A stretch of 64,000 nucleotides of DNA from Acidilobaceae archaeon. GTDB lineage: Archaea > Thermoproteota > Thermoprotei_A > Sulfolobales > Acidilobaceae. Position 1 is the first letter of the stretch. Every line of letters starts with the position of its first letter. This document shows, one piece after another, positions 46,257 to 57,943 of this stretch. The position numbers were made by a program, and so were the translations under genes. The stretch is taken from NCBI GenBank assembly GCA_038824665.1, contig JAWBBK010000005.1:1-64000 (forward strand), in the 5' to 3' direction. The notes under the pieces are model-generated. The model ran no database searches. It was not told the origin of the DNA and was given only the letters and a program-made list of their open reading frames with translations.

Positions 46257-46574
46257 GTGTTCAAAATGGTCTCGCCGCATCCAATAAACGCTGTGATGGT
46301 AGGAAGCAAGCCTACATCTAACTACGTGATAGCTGCTGTGAGAATGCTCAGTCAAGAAGGCTTTAACGAAGTAGTAGTGAAAGCTCGTGGAAGCAATATA
46401 GCCAAAGCTGTAGAAGTCGTTGTTAGAGTACAGAGAGTTCTTCCCTCTATCAGCATAAAGCACATAAACATCTTCAGCGAATACCATAAAGACAGTAGCG
46501 GTAGGACTAGAAGATTTTCAGCTATAGAAATAGTCATAGCTAGAGAAGCGATACAGAAGTCAGAGCGCTCCTAA
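46257..46574 (+). CDS. albA: Alba DNA/RNA-binding protein
   Basis: VGSKP..NYV, VKARG..IAKAV, SAIEI. Confidence 0.92.
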   Translation: MFKMVSPHPINAVMVGSKPTSNYVIAAVRMLSQEGFNEVVVKARGSNIAKAVEVVVRVQRVLPSISIKHINIFSEYHKDSSGRTRRFSAIEIVIAREAIQKSERS

Positions 46575-46677
46575 TGCTGGTCACAAAGCTCAAAAGACTT
46601 TTTATAGCGAGTTCGTTGGGATTTGAGTTCAGGACTTCTACATTAGGGGGATTGAAGGTTCTAGCACGCTACACAAG

Positions 46678-46743
46678 CTGAAACGTCAACGTATAGCTAA
46701 AGGCGAACGAAGATATTCCTCTTTGAAGTCTGAAACGTCAACG
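46678..46743. repeat. 14-bp direct repeat CTGAAACGTCAACG (46678-46691, 46730-46743)
   Basis: Two exact copies just inside the putative att site. Confidence 0.7.
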
Positions 46744-47101
46744 CTAACTGACGAACACTAGGGCATAGAGCTTTAAGTCAGCTACTTAAAGTCGTTATAC
46801 ATATAGTGAAGCGCGACAATCCAGGCATATATGCCCGTAAAGTACGTTTTGAACAACGAAATACGTAAGATAATCTCTATGGTTAGAATCTATTCCATCA
46901 AGACGTGGAATAAGAAGAAAACTCTATGCAACATACTGAAAAGTGTTGTTAATGCTTAAGTTACCGAAGTCTTTTTGACTAAGTAAGCATTAAAGACTAC
47001 GTAATCTTTTTTGGCTGACTAAGACCTTCGTTCGTCTCATTAGAGTGGAGATACAGCTTTGACTTCCCATGTGTGATTTAATGTAGACGAATCCTTGGCA
47101 T

Positions 47102-47326
47102 TTGGCGAACTCGCATAGAAAATTTTTAAAGGTGCATGCTATAATAGAATATGGGATATTAGATATGGGATTAGATATGAAAAAGTGGGCATTAAATTGG
47201 CTAAGAGGATCTGTAAGAAGCTATTTAGATGGTGGAACGAGTAAGAAAATAGTACTGGGTAGAATGAGAAAATGTTATGAACATTATGGAGTGTCCCTTC
47301 ATGAGATAAGTACTAGTAGCTCATAA
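47102..47326 (+). pseudogene. short, probably truncated hypothetical gene inside the island
   Basis: MKKWALNWLRGSVRSYL... ends in a low-complexity tail in AT-rich surroundings. Confidence 0.35.
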
Positions 47327-47510
47327 CGTTACCTCTGCAATTAGTTGCGCTAATAAGAACTCAAAACCGAAGACTCAATGAGCAGTTGCATTAAGACGGA
47401 ACCTTCGAGGATTTAATAAGCTTATAGCGCTATACACGTTTTCATGTTTATATATATAGTTCTAACGACGTGCTAGTATAGGGGCTCTACTTTAACTAGG
47501 TGTTTAAAAA

Positions 47511-48437
47511 ATGATATTAGTCGTTAGAAACTAAGTGAAGTACTTAGATTCACGAAAAGTTCTTGATGACGTTTCGTGGATGATAGAGACACCTGGCGTA
47601 TACAGCTTGCTTGGTCCTAACGGAGCAGGTAAAACTACTCTACTCAGCATAGTAAGCGGAGTGATGAACTTCGATAAAGGAGAGGTACGCGTTAAAGGTT
47701 TACCGCCTAGCGACCCAATTGCACGAAGAGCGATTGGCTACTGTCCTCAAGAGTCTGGCTTAATAGATAATATATCGGGATACGATAACGCATTATTCTA
47801 TGGCAGACTATATGGCTTAACTACAAACGAGATCGTCAAAAAGACGAAGAACATAGCTGAATCGTTAGGTCTGAAAGACTCGGATCTGAAAATGAAAGTT
47901 GGAAAGTACAGTGGCGGCATGAAGAAAAAGCTAGCGCTAGCTGTTTCACTACTTCACGATCCTGAAGTACTTGTACTAGATGAGCCTACAGCAGGACTAG
48001 ACCCCGGTATTCGTCGAGACGTATGGGATTTAATACTCAAGCTTCGAGAAGAAGGTAAAACAATAGTTCTAGCTACTCACTACATGGACGAAGCGGACAG
48101 ACTATCAGACCGGGTTGCGATAATTGACCGCGGAAAGATACTTGTAGAAGGAAAGCCTGTAGAGCTTAAGGAAAAGTATGGACCTCCTTCCGTAGTAGAG
48201 CTAGTCTTTGAGAATGAAGCGTCTCCTGTAGTAACAGATATCATTGAGAAATACACCGCTAAACACTATATTGAAGGGAAAACAGCTAGATTGCATCTAG
48301 ATGAACCCGATAAGCATCTTCCAATGTTAATGGGAGAACTCTTCTCTAAAGGGTATTACATAGTAGAGTTTAGACTCGCTAAGCCCACTCTCGAAGACGT
48401 TTTCTTAAAGCTGACTGGTAGGAGGTTAAGAGAATGA
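47511..48437 (+). CDS. ABC exporter ATPase with an in-frame TAA at 47532-47534 (possible restart at GTG 47535)
   Basis: RBS AGGTG, then ATG ATA TTA GTC GTT AGA AAC TAA GTG AAG; GPNGAGKTT, YSGGM, LDEPT. Confidence 0.85.
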
Positions 48438-49741
48438 TGTGGATCAAGCAGATCTATGCGTTTATTGTACGCGACCTTAAAATCGTTATAGCCGATAAGG
48501 TAGCGTTGTTCTGGCTCTTGTTATGGCCTATACTTTTGATCATGTTATTAACGTATGTACTTGTACCTCCAGGAACTACATCGCCTATAAAGCTAGCTGT
48601 AGGAGTGGTAAACTACGATACTGAGATTGAAGGGCTATACCTTACAGGCGTACAGTTCGTAGAAATAATGTCGAACGTAAGTTATAGAGGAGAGCGAATT
48701 TTCGATGTGAAGAACTATAGCGATAAAGCTTCATTAATAAGTGATCTGAAGAAAGGCAAGTTAGACGTAGGAATAGTGATCCCTGCGAACTTCTCATCTA
48801 ATCTAACGTTCGGCACCGCTAGAATGGACGTATTTATTGGCGCTAGAGACCCCTACTCTGCGTCAATCAGCTACGGTGTAATTAACGGCTTTCTAAACGA
48901 GTTCTCGCGTAGAGTGGGCTTAATTAAAGCTAACGTTACGTTGCTCTATTTCGAGGAGTCATTGAAGTACATTAATCAAAGCCACGTTCTACCGGATACG
49001 ACTCTCTCAGAACTCGTAGAGACCGTTAAGACATATATTTACGGTATGGCGTTACCGCTAAACGTTACATACGAAGAGGTTAAACCTGAAGCTCTTGCTA
49101 CCAGAGCTAACATAATCGGCTGGTATACAATTGGAGCAATGGGCATGATGTTTCTTTACGCAGGCTTTTCGCGAGGAGCTACGATCGTTTACGAAGAGAA
49201 AGCTTACGGTACGCTTAGAAGAATACTAGCGTCACCTATAACGCCACGCGTGTTGGTCATAGCGCTAATTCTGTCAAACATGATCGTTTTGCTCTTATCG
49301 GCTCCACTGATTCTGCTAGCGGGAGTATACATTGCTGGCGCTAACATATCGTTTAATCCCGCTAACCCCGTCCACTGGCTCATACCTATACTTCTCATTA
49401 TAGCTGCTTTCATGAGCATAGGAACAGGTCTTATTCTCTCGCTATTTGTCAAAACGTTGAGAGGTGGAGCGAGTCTCGGCACTGGACTTGGACTAGTGTT
49501 GTCTTTCACTACAGGAATATGGTTTCCCAGAACGTGGTTACCTTCATGGTTGCAATTAATTGCTGACTACTTCCCATTCACGTGGGTTATTGACACCATT
49601 AGGAACATCGTGATATACGATGCCAGCCTCAACGACATATGGTTAGACCTCGTTAAGATATTGGTTGCGCTAATAATCGTTATCTCTGCAGATATAGTTG
49701 TTTATAAAGTAAAGATAAGAAACGTGATTACAAGTTATTGA
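48434..49741 (+). CDS. ABC-2 permease
   Basis: TM + extracellular loop + TMs; EEKAYGTLRR, GIWFP..WLP. Confidence 0.88.
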   Translation: MMWIKQIYAFIVRDLKIVIADKVALFWLLLWPILLIMLLTYVLVPPGTTSPIKLAVGVVNYDTEIEGLYLTGVQFVEIMSNVSYRGERIFDVKNYSDKASLISDLKKGKLDVGIVIPANFSSNLTFGTARMDVFIGARDPYSASISYGVINGFLNEFSRRVGLIKANVTLLYFEESLKYINQSHVLPDTTLSELVETVKTYIYGMALPLNVTYEEVKPEALATRANIIGWYTIGAMGMMFLYAGFSRGATIVYEEKAYGTLRRILASPITPRVLVIALILSNMIVLLLSAPLILLAGVYIAGANISFNPANPVHWLIPILLIIAAFMSIGTGLILSLFVKTLRGGASLGTGLGLVLSFTTGIWFPRTWLPSWLQLIADYFPFTWVIDTIRNIVIYDASLNDIWLDLVKILVALIIVISADIVVYKVKIRNVITSY

Positions 49742-49921
49742 GAGTGATGAGGAAATCGTTTAACTCATCAGCGATCGCGTAAACGATAAGCTCACAGCTC
49801 GATATTGTATATAGGTCGTTTCGTTTTGGTTTTCCCGATTGTCTGAGGTGTTCTTACGGATTCCGAAAAACATACCTGAAAGCTTGTAAGAACATCATGT
49901 TTTCAAAAGATATCAAAATAG

Positions 49922-49997
49922 CGGGCCCGCCGGGATTTGAACCCGGGACCTCCGGCTTAGAAGGCCGGCGCTCTAGTCCTGGCTGAGCTACGGGCCC
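49922..49997 (-). tRNA. tRNA-Arg(UCU), CCA not encoded
   Basis: GGGCCCG...CCGGC CT TCT AA GCCGG...TTCAAAT...CGGGCCC G. Confidence 0.95.
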
Positions 49998-50061
49998 GAT
50001 AGCCTTATGTTGTGGAGGCTTAAAAAGCTAGGAGCGACAGCGGTTTAGAAAAGGTATAGCT

Positions 50062-50116
50062 CAGATGAGGATAGCTCGATTAACTGAGATGTGATGATGG
50101 TTTCTGGTGCCGACTG
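50062..50116 (+). ncRNA. box C/D sRNA
   Basis: C ATGAGGA, guide TAGCTCGATTAA, D' CTGA, C' GTGATGA, guide TGGTTTCTGGTG, D CCGA; CAG/CTG terminal stem. Confidence 0.7.
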
Positions 50117-50138
50117 CTTCGAATTCTTAAAGAGATCT

Positions 50139-50894
50139 TCAGATAGGAGGAGAGAGATAGCTTGTCTTGTCTAAAAGACCTGCCTCCTTGAAAGCTTTAG
50201 CTCTGTTTCTACAACTCTCGCACTCTCCACAATGAGCTTCAAGGCTTCTGTAGCAACTCCAGGTCTCGTAGACCAGGTCTCCTATTAGTTTGTGACATAA
50301 TTTCAAGAGCTCTGACTTTCTCAGCTCTTCTCTGCTCGGACTCCAGACCTCTAAACCTCTCTCTCTTCTGAAATGACATAGTCTGAACGCGAGCTCAAGA
50401 GACTCGATACACTCAGGACTACAGTCAGGATACTTGGGCTCCCAAGTGTCCTCTTTCGGCTCGATATCGTTATACTGTCCTCCAAACACTACGTAGACCT
50501 TTTCAGATTTCTTTATAGATAGCGCATATGCTGAAGCTACAGCTAACATAACGACGTTTCTAAGAGGAACCACTACGGAGACCTCGTACTCTTCTTTTAC
50601 GCGGACCTCGTCATCAGTTAATTGAAAGCCTTTCCAGAGCTCTCTCAAAAGCTTCATATCGATAACTTTATGTTCTACGATCTCTCCCCATCCTTTCTTT
50701 ATCGCTACTTCTTTAAGCTTAGAGACAAGACCTTTAGCGATATCTATTTCCTTGAATCCCTTTTGTCCATAATTGAAAGTGATAACGTGAGCGTTACATC
50801 CTCTGCTAAGCCACAAAGCTAAGTAACATAAACTATCGGGACCGCCGCTTACAATAGCTACGACCTCACAGTCTTTTACTATCTGGGGCTTCAA
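50139..50894 (-). CDS. queC: 7-cyano-7-deazaguanine (preQ0) synthase
   Basis: SGGPDS, FNYGQ, VPLRN, YPDC, TWSCY...HCGECESC. Confidence 0.92.
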   Translation of the reverse strand: MKPQIVKDCEVVAIVSGGPDSLCYLALWLSRGCNAHVITFNYGQKGFKEIDIAKGLVSKLKEVAIKKGWGEIVEHKVIDMKLLRELWKGFQLTDDEVRVKEEYEVSVVVPLRNVVMLAVASAYALSIKKSEKVYVVFGGQYNDIEPKEDTWEPKYPDCSPECIESLELAFRLCHFRRERGLEVWSPSREELRKSELLKLCHKLIGDLVYETWSCYRSLEAHCGECESCRNRAKAFKEAGLLDKTSYLSPPI

Positions 50895-51070
50895 CTAAGC
50901 CACCGCTTTCCGCTTTTTCTAATTGAGCTTATAATAAGACCTGTTGTCTGCTTAAAGACGAGGCTATAGACAAAAGGTGATCGCGTTGCTTAGAAAAACC
51001 GTTTCCGTAACTCTCTTAAGCTGTGGGCTACTGGTGGGCTTTCTTAGCGTCGCTAAAGCGGGTGCGCGAC

Positions 51071-52300
51071 TTGACTCTGACTTACAACATATTGAGTAAA
51101 AAAGCTGGAAGAAGCGTGTCACCGGGAGAAGTAGTAGACGTAGCTGTAGACGTGATCGCATTTCACGACCTAACAGGTCATCACGTCATAGAGGTCTTAG
51201 AGAAAGCAGGAGTCAAAAGGCTTTGTGGACTCGATAAGCTTGTAGTCGTTTTCGACCATCTAGTTCCGCCTCCTGACGTTAGAAGCGCTGAACTACAGAA
51301 AAGGATCAGAGAGTTTGTAAGAAAACACTCTGTTGAGAAGTTCCACGATTATGGCTATGGCATAATGCATCAAGTAATTCTTGAAGAAGTAGTTCTTCCA
51401 GGTCAAGTAGTAGTCGGCGCTGACAGTCATACTTGTACTGCTGGAGCTCTGGGAGCTTTCGCTCAAGGACTAGGAGCTAGCGACGTAGCTCTAGCCTTAG
51501 CGAGAGGTAGAGTCTGGTTAACCGTTCCAGAAGCTGTTGCGTTCAAGCTTTCAGGACAGCTTAAAGAGTTCGTTACAGGAAAAGAGGTTGCGCTCGAGAT
51601 GATAAGAAGATTTGGTTTAAACTTCTTCAACAGAAGATCAGTAGAGGTCTTTGTTGAAGAGCCTAACGCTATGCCTATAGATTATAGAGCTACGCTAGCT
51701 AACATGGGTATCGAAATGAACGCTGATGCTCTAATAGTGGTTCCCGACGCTCTAACGCTCTCGTTTATAGAGAAAACACGAGGATGGACTCCACCTCTTC
51801 CAGAGTTCTCACTAGATGGGTATTCTGAAAAAGTCGAAATCGAGCTGTCTAAAGTGGAGTTTCTAATAGCGGCGCCACCGACTATAGACAACGTGAAAAA
51901 CGTTGAAGAAGTTGAAGGACTAGAAGTAGATTACGTTTTCTTAGGCTCATGTACTAATGGAAGGCTGAGCGACTTAGAGATAGCCGCGAGACTGCTAAAA
52001 GGGAAGAAAGTTAAAACTAGGTGTATCGTCATACCGGCCTCTAAGAGGATATTCCTAGAGGCTCTGAGAAAAGGCTACATAGAGGTTCTTACAGAAGCTG
52101 GTTGTATAGTTACTCATAGCACTTGTGGTCCCTGTCTAGGCGGACATTTCGGTATAGCTGGACCGAAAGAAGTAGTGGTCTCAACATCAAATAGAAACTT
52201 CACAGGAAGAATGGGTAGTCCTGAAGCAAAAGTCTATGTAGCTGGACCTGCTGTAGCTGCAGTCTCGGCAGCAGAAGGCAGGATCTCAAGCCCTAGGTGA
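51071..52300 (+). CDS. leuC: 3-isopropylmalate dehydratase large subunit
   Basis: GADSHTCT, GSCTNGR, CGPCLG, STSNRNF. Confidence 0.9.
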   Translation: MTLTYNILSKKAGRSVSPGEVVDVAVDVIAFHDLTGHHVIEVLEKAGVKRLCGLDKLVVVFDHLVPPPDVRSAELQKRIREFVRKHSVEKFHDYGYGIMHQVILEEVVLPGQVVVGADSHTCTAGALGAFAQGLGASDVALALARGRVWLTVPEAVAFKLSGQLKEFVTGKEVALEMIRRFGLNFFNRRSVEVFVEEPNAMPIDYRATLANMGIEMNADALIVVPDALTLSFIEKTRGWTPPLPEFSLDGYSEKVEIELSKVEFLIAAPPTIDNVKNVEEVEGLEVDYVFLGSCTNGRLSDLEIAARLLKGKKVKTRCIVIPASKRIFLEALRKGYIEVLTEAGCIVTHSTCGPCLGGHFGIAGPKEVVVSTSNRNFTGRMGSPEAKVYVAGPAVAAVSAAEGRISSPR

Positions 52301-52306
52301 TCACAC

Positions 52307-52822
52307 ATGATCGTAACTGGAAAAGTCGTAAGAGTAGGCGATAACATCGATACTGATTTAATCATACCGGCAAAGCATCTGAAGTACACAGACCCTAGCT
52401 ATCTAGCTGAACACGTGTTTGAAGCTATGGGTGAAGACTTTAGGAAAAAGCTAAAAGGAGCAGTGATCGTAGCTGGAAGAGCTTTCGGAATAGGCTCTTC
52501 TAGAGAACAAGCAGCGATAGCTCTCAAGGCTGCAGGAGTAGTAGCTGTGCTTGCTGAGTCCTTCTCAAGGATATTTTATAGAAACGCCATAAATAACGGT
52601 CTTCCTGTTCTTGAGTGCGACCCACGAACGTTAAGTCTTCTCCAAGAGGGCAACGAAGTCTCTATAGATATCGAAAAAGGCATCGCTAGCTCAGCTGAGA
52701 TAGTTGTGATGTGTAAACCTATAAGGGGACTGGTTTTAGACATATTGAGAAAAGGAGGACTGATAAGCTATCTGAAAGAGCTATCTACTGAAGAGGAGAA
52801 CGCTCGGAGTTGTCTAGCTTAA
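52307..52822 (+). CDS. leuD: 3-isopropylmalate dehydratase small subunit
   Basis: [29 protein letters not shown]. Confidence 0.9.
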   Translation: MIVTGKVVRVGDNIDTDLIIPAKHLKYTDPSYLAEHVFEAMGEDFRKKLKGAVIVAGRAFGIGSSREQAAIALKAAGVVAVLAESFSRIFYRNAINNGLPVLECDPRTLSLLQEGNEVSIDIEKGIASSAEIVVMCKPIRGLVLDILRKGGLISYLKELSTEEENARSCLA

Positions 52823-54484
52823 AACCGCTCCTCTGCTTGCTGAAGCAGCTTGTTTAGAATATCTGTAAAGAATTCCTCTAAGCTTTCGCTGAGGCGGTTT
52901 CCAAGTCTCTCTTCTCTTTTTCATCTCCTCCTCGTCTACATATACCTCAAGCTTCTTCTTCTCAAGATCTATCTCTATCATATCCCCATCCTCTACGAAA
53001 GCTATAGGACCTCCTTCTGCTGCCTCAGGCGATACATGCCCAACAGCTATTCCTCTAGTAGCGCCCGAAAACCTGCCGTCAGTAACTAAGGCTACATCAG
53101 TATCAAGCCCCATGCCTACAAGCGTTGCTGTCACCATCAACATCTCCCTCATTCCAGGACCTCCTTTAGGTCCCTCATATCTTATTACTACTACGTCTCC
53201 TCTCTCGATCTTACCCTCAGCGATAGCTCTAGAGGCTTCTTCTTCTGAGTTGAAGACCTTAGCTGAACCTTTGAACCTCTTAAGACCAGGTCGTATAGCT
53301 GAGATCTTGACTAGAGCCCCTTCAGGAGCTAGATTGCCTTTGAGAACTACTATAGCGCCTCTTGGGCTTATAGGGTCTTCTACAGGTCTGATCACATCTC
53401 TTCGTGTAATCGTTGCCGCTTTCACTATATCTCTAACTGTGTTCAGAGATACCGTTATCCTTTCTAGATGAATCAAATTGAGCTTACTTAGCTCTTTCAT
53501 AACAGCAGGCACTCCGCCTGCTTCATGAAGGTCTTCAAGATAATGAACACCGTTAGGACTTATAGTAGCCAATATAGGCGTTCTTTCAGATACTTCATCG
53601 AAATCGTCTAGACTTAAGTCTACGCCAGCTTCTTTAGCTATAGACATTAAGTGTAATACTGCGTTAGTCGAGCCTCCTAGAGCTGCATCAACAGCTATAG
53701 CGTCAAGAAACGCCTCTCTCGTTAGTATAGAGCTAGGTCTTAGGTCTCTTTCGACTAACTTTACAACTAACATTCCAGCCTTTTTAGCTAATCTTAGTCT
53801 AGCCGCGTCTACAGCTGGGATCGTACCGTTACCTGGTAATGCTATGCCTAACGCTTCGCTCAGAACTCCCATAGTGTTAGCCGTATAGAGTCCAGCACAA
53901 GAACCTACTCCTGGACAAGCGCTTTCTTCTAAAACTTTGAGGTCTTCTAAACTCGTTCTGCCAGCTCTCACAGCTCCTACAGCTTCGAATACGGTCTTAA
54001 TGTCAGCTCTTCCTCCTTTAAACCTTCCGGTAAGCATAGGACCTCCGTTCACTAATATCGCAGGTATGTCGAGACGTGCCATAGCCATCATCATGCCAGG
54101 CGTTATCTTATCGCAAGACCCTATCAGCACAAGACCGTCCAATCTGTAAGCTTCTACCATGACTTCTATAGAGTCCGCTATCACTTCTCTTGAGGGCAAC
54201 GAGTATTTCATTCCTTCGTGACCCATAGCTATCCCATCGCAGAGTCCTATCGTATTGAACTCTAAGGGAGTGCCTCCCGCTATTCTTATCCCGGCTTTCA
54301 CGGCTTCCGCTAGCTCTCTGAGGTGTTTATGTCCTGGCACTAGCTCGTTCCATGAGTTAGCGATCCCTATTAAAGGTCTCGAGAGTTCTTCCTCAGTCAT
54401 CCCTAAAGCCTTGAATAGAGTTCTATGCGGAGCTCTCTCTAGTCCTTCGACTACTTCTCTGCTTCTAAAACGACGATCAGCCAT
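52814..54484 (-). CDS. ilvD: dihydroxy-acid dehydratase
   Basis: [37 protein letters not shown]. Confidence 0.97.
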   Translation of the reverse strand: MADRRFRSREVVEGLERAPHRTLFKALGMTEEELSRPLIGIANSWNELVPGHKHLRELAEAVKAGIRIAGGTPLEFNTIGLCDGIAMGHEGMKYSLPSREVIADSIEVMVEAYRLDGLVLIGSCDKITPGMMMAMARLDIPAILVNGGPMLTGRFKGGRADIKTVFEAVGAVRAGRTSLEDLKVLEESACPGVGSCAGLYTANTMGVLSEALGIALPGNGTIPAVDAARLRLAKKAGMLVVKLVERDLRPSSILTREAFLDAIAVDAALGGSTNAVLHLMSIAKEAGVDLSLDDFDEVSERTPILATISPNGVHYLEDLHEAGGVPAVMKELSKLNLIHLERITVSLNTVRDIVKAATITRRDVIRPVEDPISPRGAIVVLKGNLAPEGALVKISAIRPGLKRFKGSAKVFNSEEEASRAIAEGKIERGDVVVIRYEGPKGGPGMREMLMVTATLVGMGLDTDVALVTDGRFSGATRGIAVGHVSPEAAEGGPIAFVEDGDMIEIDLEKKKLEVYVDEEEMKKRRETWKPPQRKLRGILYRYSKQAASASRGAVLS

Positions 54485-56018
54485 AGACCTCACCTACGAC
54501 CTCTCCGTCAACACATAACTTCGTTTTATCTCGTTCAAACATCTCATAAACAACAGCGTCTTCAACAGCTTTGAGCAAAGCTTCAAACAAGTCTCGAGAG
54601 ACTCTCTGAAATGTGCCGTTGTTTGTAACGACCGTTACTCTATAAGAGTCTTTTATTTTTCTCACTGAGACCTCTTTAATCTTTACAGAGGAATTGAAGT
54701 CTTCCAATCTTGAGCTGATGGCATCTACGATAGTTTCAAAGAAGTCTAGCTCTCCTTGCTTGCTTACGGCTTTGATCGCGTTTTGTACTATAGCTAAGCG
54801 TTCATTAAACGTAAGGAGCTGAGGTCTTCTACAGTACTCCTCTAAAACCAACAGAGAGACCATAGTCTGAGCTTCGCTGAAGCTGTAGCCTTCTGTTTCC
54901 ATCTTCTTAATCTTTAGCAAAACGTTTTTGACTCTGCTATCAGCTTTGCTTAACTCTTTCCCTAAAAGCTGAGACGCCATAAAGGCTATCGCTGAAGAGC
55001 CTGAAAGGTGAGTTATCTCGAAAGACCTAGTAGAGCCTACGAGTTCAGGATCTACGTGTTCGTAAGCTCTCGGACTCTTCAACACAGCATCTATATGTGT
55101 GCCTGCTTTGTGTCTAAAAGCGTGCTCTCCTACATAGGGTTGTCTAGGGTCTGGCTTTAGTCCTGAAATTTCATACACAAATCTAGAGACTTCCTTAAGT
55201 CTTCTTAAACCGTTTTCGTTCTTCAAAACCTTGAACCCTAGCTTAAAAGCTATCCCAGGTATGACTTGAACCAAGTCAGCGTTTCCTGTCCTCTCGCCGA
55301 GACCGTTGATAGTGCCCTGAACGTGTCTCGCTCCTGCTCTTACAGCTTCAAGTGTGTTTGCAACAGCACAACCGCAGTCGTCGTGCATATGAGCTCCTAC
55401 TTTAACCTTAGACCCGAACTCTTTCACCACTCTTTTAGTTATCTTGTACACACCTTCAGGCAACATGCCGCCGTTTGTATCGCAAAGCACCAAAGTGTCG
55501 GCTCCTGCTTCCATAGCCGCTTTTAAGACTTCCAAAGCATAACCTCGATTCTCTAGATAGCCCTGGTAGAAGTGTTCAGCATCGAAGATAACTCTAAGCC
55601 CATGTGAACGTAGATAAGAAACCGAGTCGTAAATCATGTTGATGTTTTCTTCAAGACTTGTCTTAAGAACGTTCACTACATGAAGGTCCCAAGCTTTTCC
55701 ATAGACTACCGCAACCTCTACTCCAGAATCTAAGACCGCGTTGAGTCCCTCATCGGTTTCTGCTTTAGTTTTAGGTCTTCTAGTTGCAGTAAAAGCCGCT
55801 AGCTTAGACCTAGTTAAACTGTAACTCCTCATCACCTTAAAGAACTCCATGTCTTTTGGACTAGCTCCAGGATATCCTCCTTCAATTAAGTCTACCCCGA
55901 ACTCTTCTAAGAGTAAAGCGATCTTGACCTTGTCCTCGACTGTAAAGGATATGCCAGGAGTTTGTTCTCCGTCTCTTAAAGTAGTGTCCAGGACTTCAAC
56001 GGATTTCTAGACCACCAC
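54477..56018 (-). CDS. cimA: citramalate synthase; the N-terminal DTTLRDGEQ lies upstream of the ORF track, after an in-frame TAG at 56009-56007
   Basis: [39 protein letters not shown]. Confidence 0.88.
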
Positions 56019-56094
56019 GCACCTCTGGCCCCCTCTGAACTCACTTGTTCCGAGAGCTAGCCTTCTTAGAACTTCAGAGCTTAAATGCGTTACG

Positions 56095-56814
56095 CTAGGG
56101 CTTCGTTAGAGTCTCAGAAAGCCTCGTCCAACCACAACTTTCGAGAAGCGTTATCGTAATGTCTACAGCGTTAACCAACAGCTCTGTTGAAACTCCGGGA
56201 ACTCCTGCTCCTATGATCAATACTCTCACAGTAGATTCATCAACAGCAGTCTTAACGCTGTCACGATGGGGATAAAGATGCATAACTGTGTTCGAGCTGT
56301 CTACAAGAATAGGAACACCTGGCGGCAAGAGTTCTGAAAAGCCTCCTATAGACTCAAACACTTCGCCACCACGACTCAATTTGAAAGTTAAAGGTAACGT
56401 TGCTTTATCTAAATCGTAAATTCCTATTGGAACCAAGGTCTTAGCTGATGCAACATTTCCCGCATCGACTACGGTGTTTACTCTAGGAAACCTTTTGTTT
56501 TTCAAAACCCTTCTCACAAGAGCTTCGCTAGAAGGTCTCACTTTAGTCGGGTCTATTCCAAGTCTCCAATAAAAGCTTCTGTAAGCCTTAATAACTGTAT
56601 TGTCTTTAAGGCTTTCAAGATCGTATGTGTTCATTATTTGTTCAACAAGCTTTTCTATCTCTTCATCGAGACACCTGCTGGAGCCGCTTTTTGAACTCTT
56701 CATGGCGATCGCGTAAGCTATCCGAACGCCTATCTCAACTACTCCTTCATCTAGCTTAATTAAAGACCTAGCGTCGATCTTTTCGCCATATGGGAAAGAG
56801 CTACTGTCTGTCAA
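56095..56814 (-). CDS. stand-alone B3/4 (PheRS beta editing-like) domain protein
   Basis: AYRSFY..LGIDPTK.RPSSEAL.RR, N.VVD..N..S, PIGIYD, RDS..T. Confidence 0.9.
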   Translation of the reverse strand: MTDSSSFPYGEKIDARSLIKLDEGVVEIGVRIAYAIAMKSSKSGSSRCLDEEIEKLVEQIMNTYDLESLKDNTVIKAYRSFYWRLGIDPTKVRPSSEALVRRVLKNKRFPRVNTVVDAGNVASAKTLVPIGIYDLDKATLPLTFKLSRGGEVFESIGGFSELLPPGVPILVDSSNTVMHLYPHRDSVKTAVDESTVRVLIIGAGVPGVSTELLVNAVDITITLLESCGWTRLSETLTKP

Positions 56815-56920
56815 GGTTGATCAGCGCTTCTTCGCTGTTGCTCGAGTTCTTTATCTTCTCTTTATCTTCTATGATATGTGTTTATTGTAGACTTAGGCTT
56901 TTAAAAATGTTAAGAGGTCT

Positions 56921-57907
<987 letters not shown>

Positions 57908-57943
57908 TTACACCATAAACCCTCTAACCGATAGCTCGAAGCC

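Larger units (their letters stand above)
46607..49964. mobile_element. decayed integrated element at tRNA-Arg, bounded by a degenerate att repeat; cargo is an ABC exporter
   Basis: 46607-46650 aligns ungapped with 49921-49964 (tRNA 3' half) at 28/44 identity; no integrase remains. Confidence 0.65.

Noticed and set aside
46640-46660. GGGGATTGAAG resembling a CRISPR repeat 3' end
   Set aside because: Single copy, no spacers or cas genes; largely explained by the decayed tRNA-derived att copy.
46650-49920. Integrase or transposase gene within the island
   Set aside because: No recognisable tyrosine recombinase or transposase fragment was found by eye.
51022-51042. GTGGGCT(TT) twice in the leuC leader, complementary to the 62503-62563 RNA hairpin arm
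   Set aside because: Only 8-9 nt, expected by chance in a window of this size, and that arm is already paired in cis.
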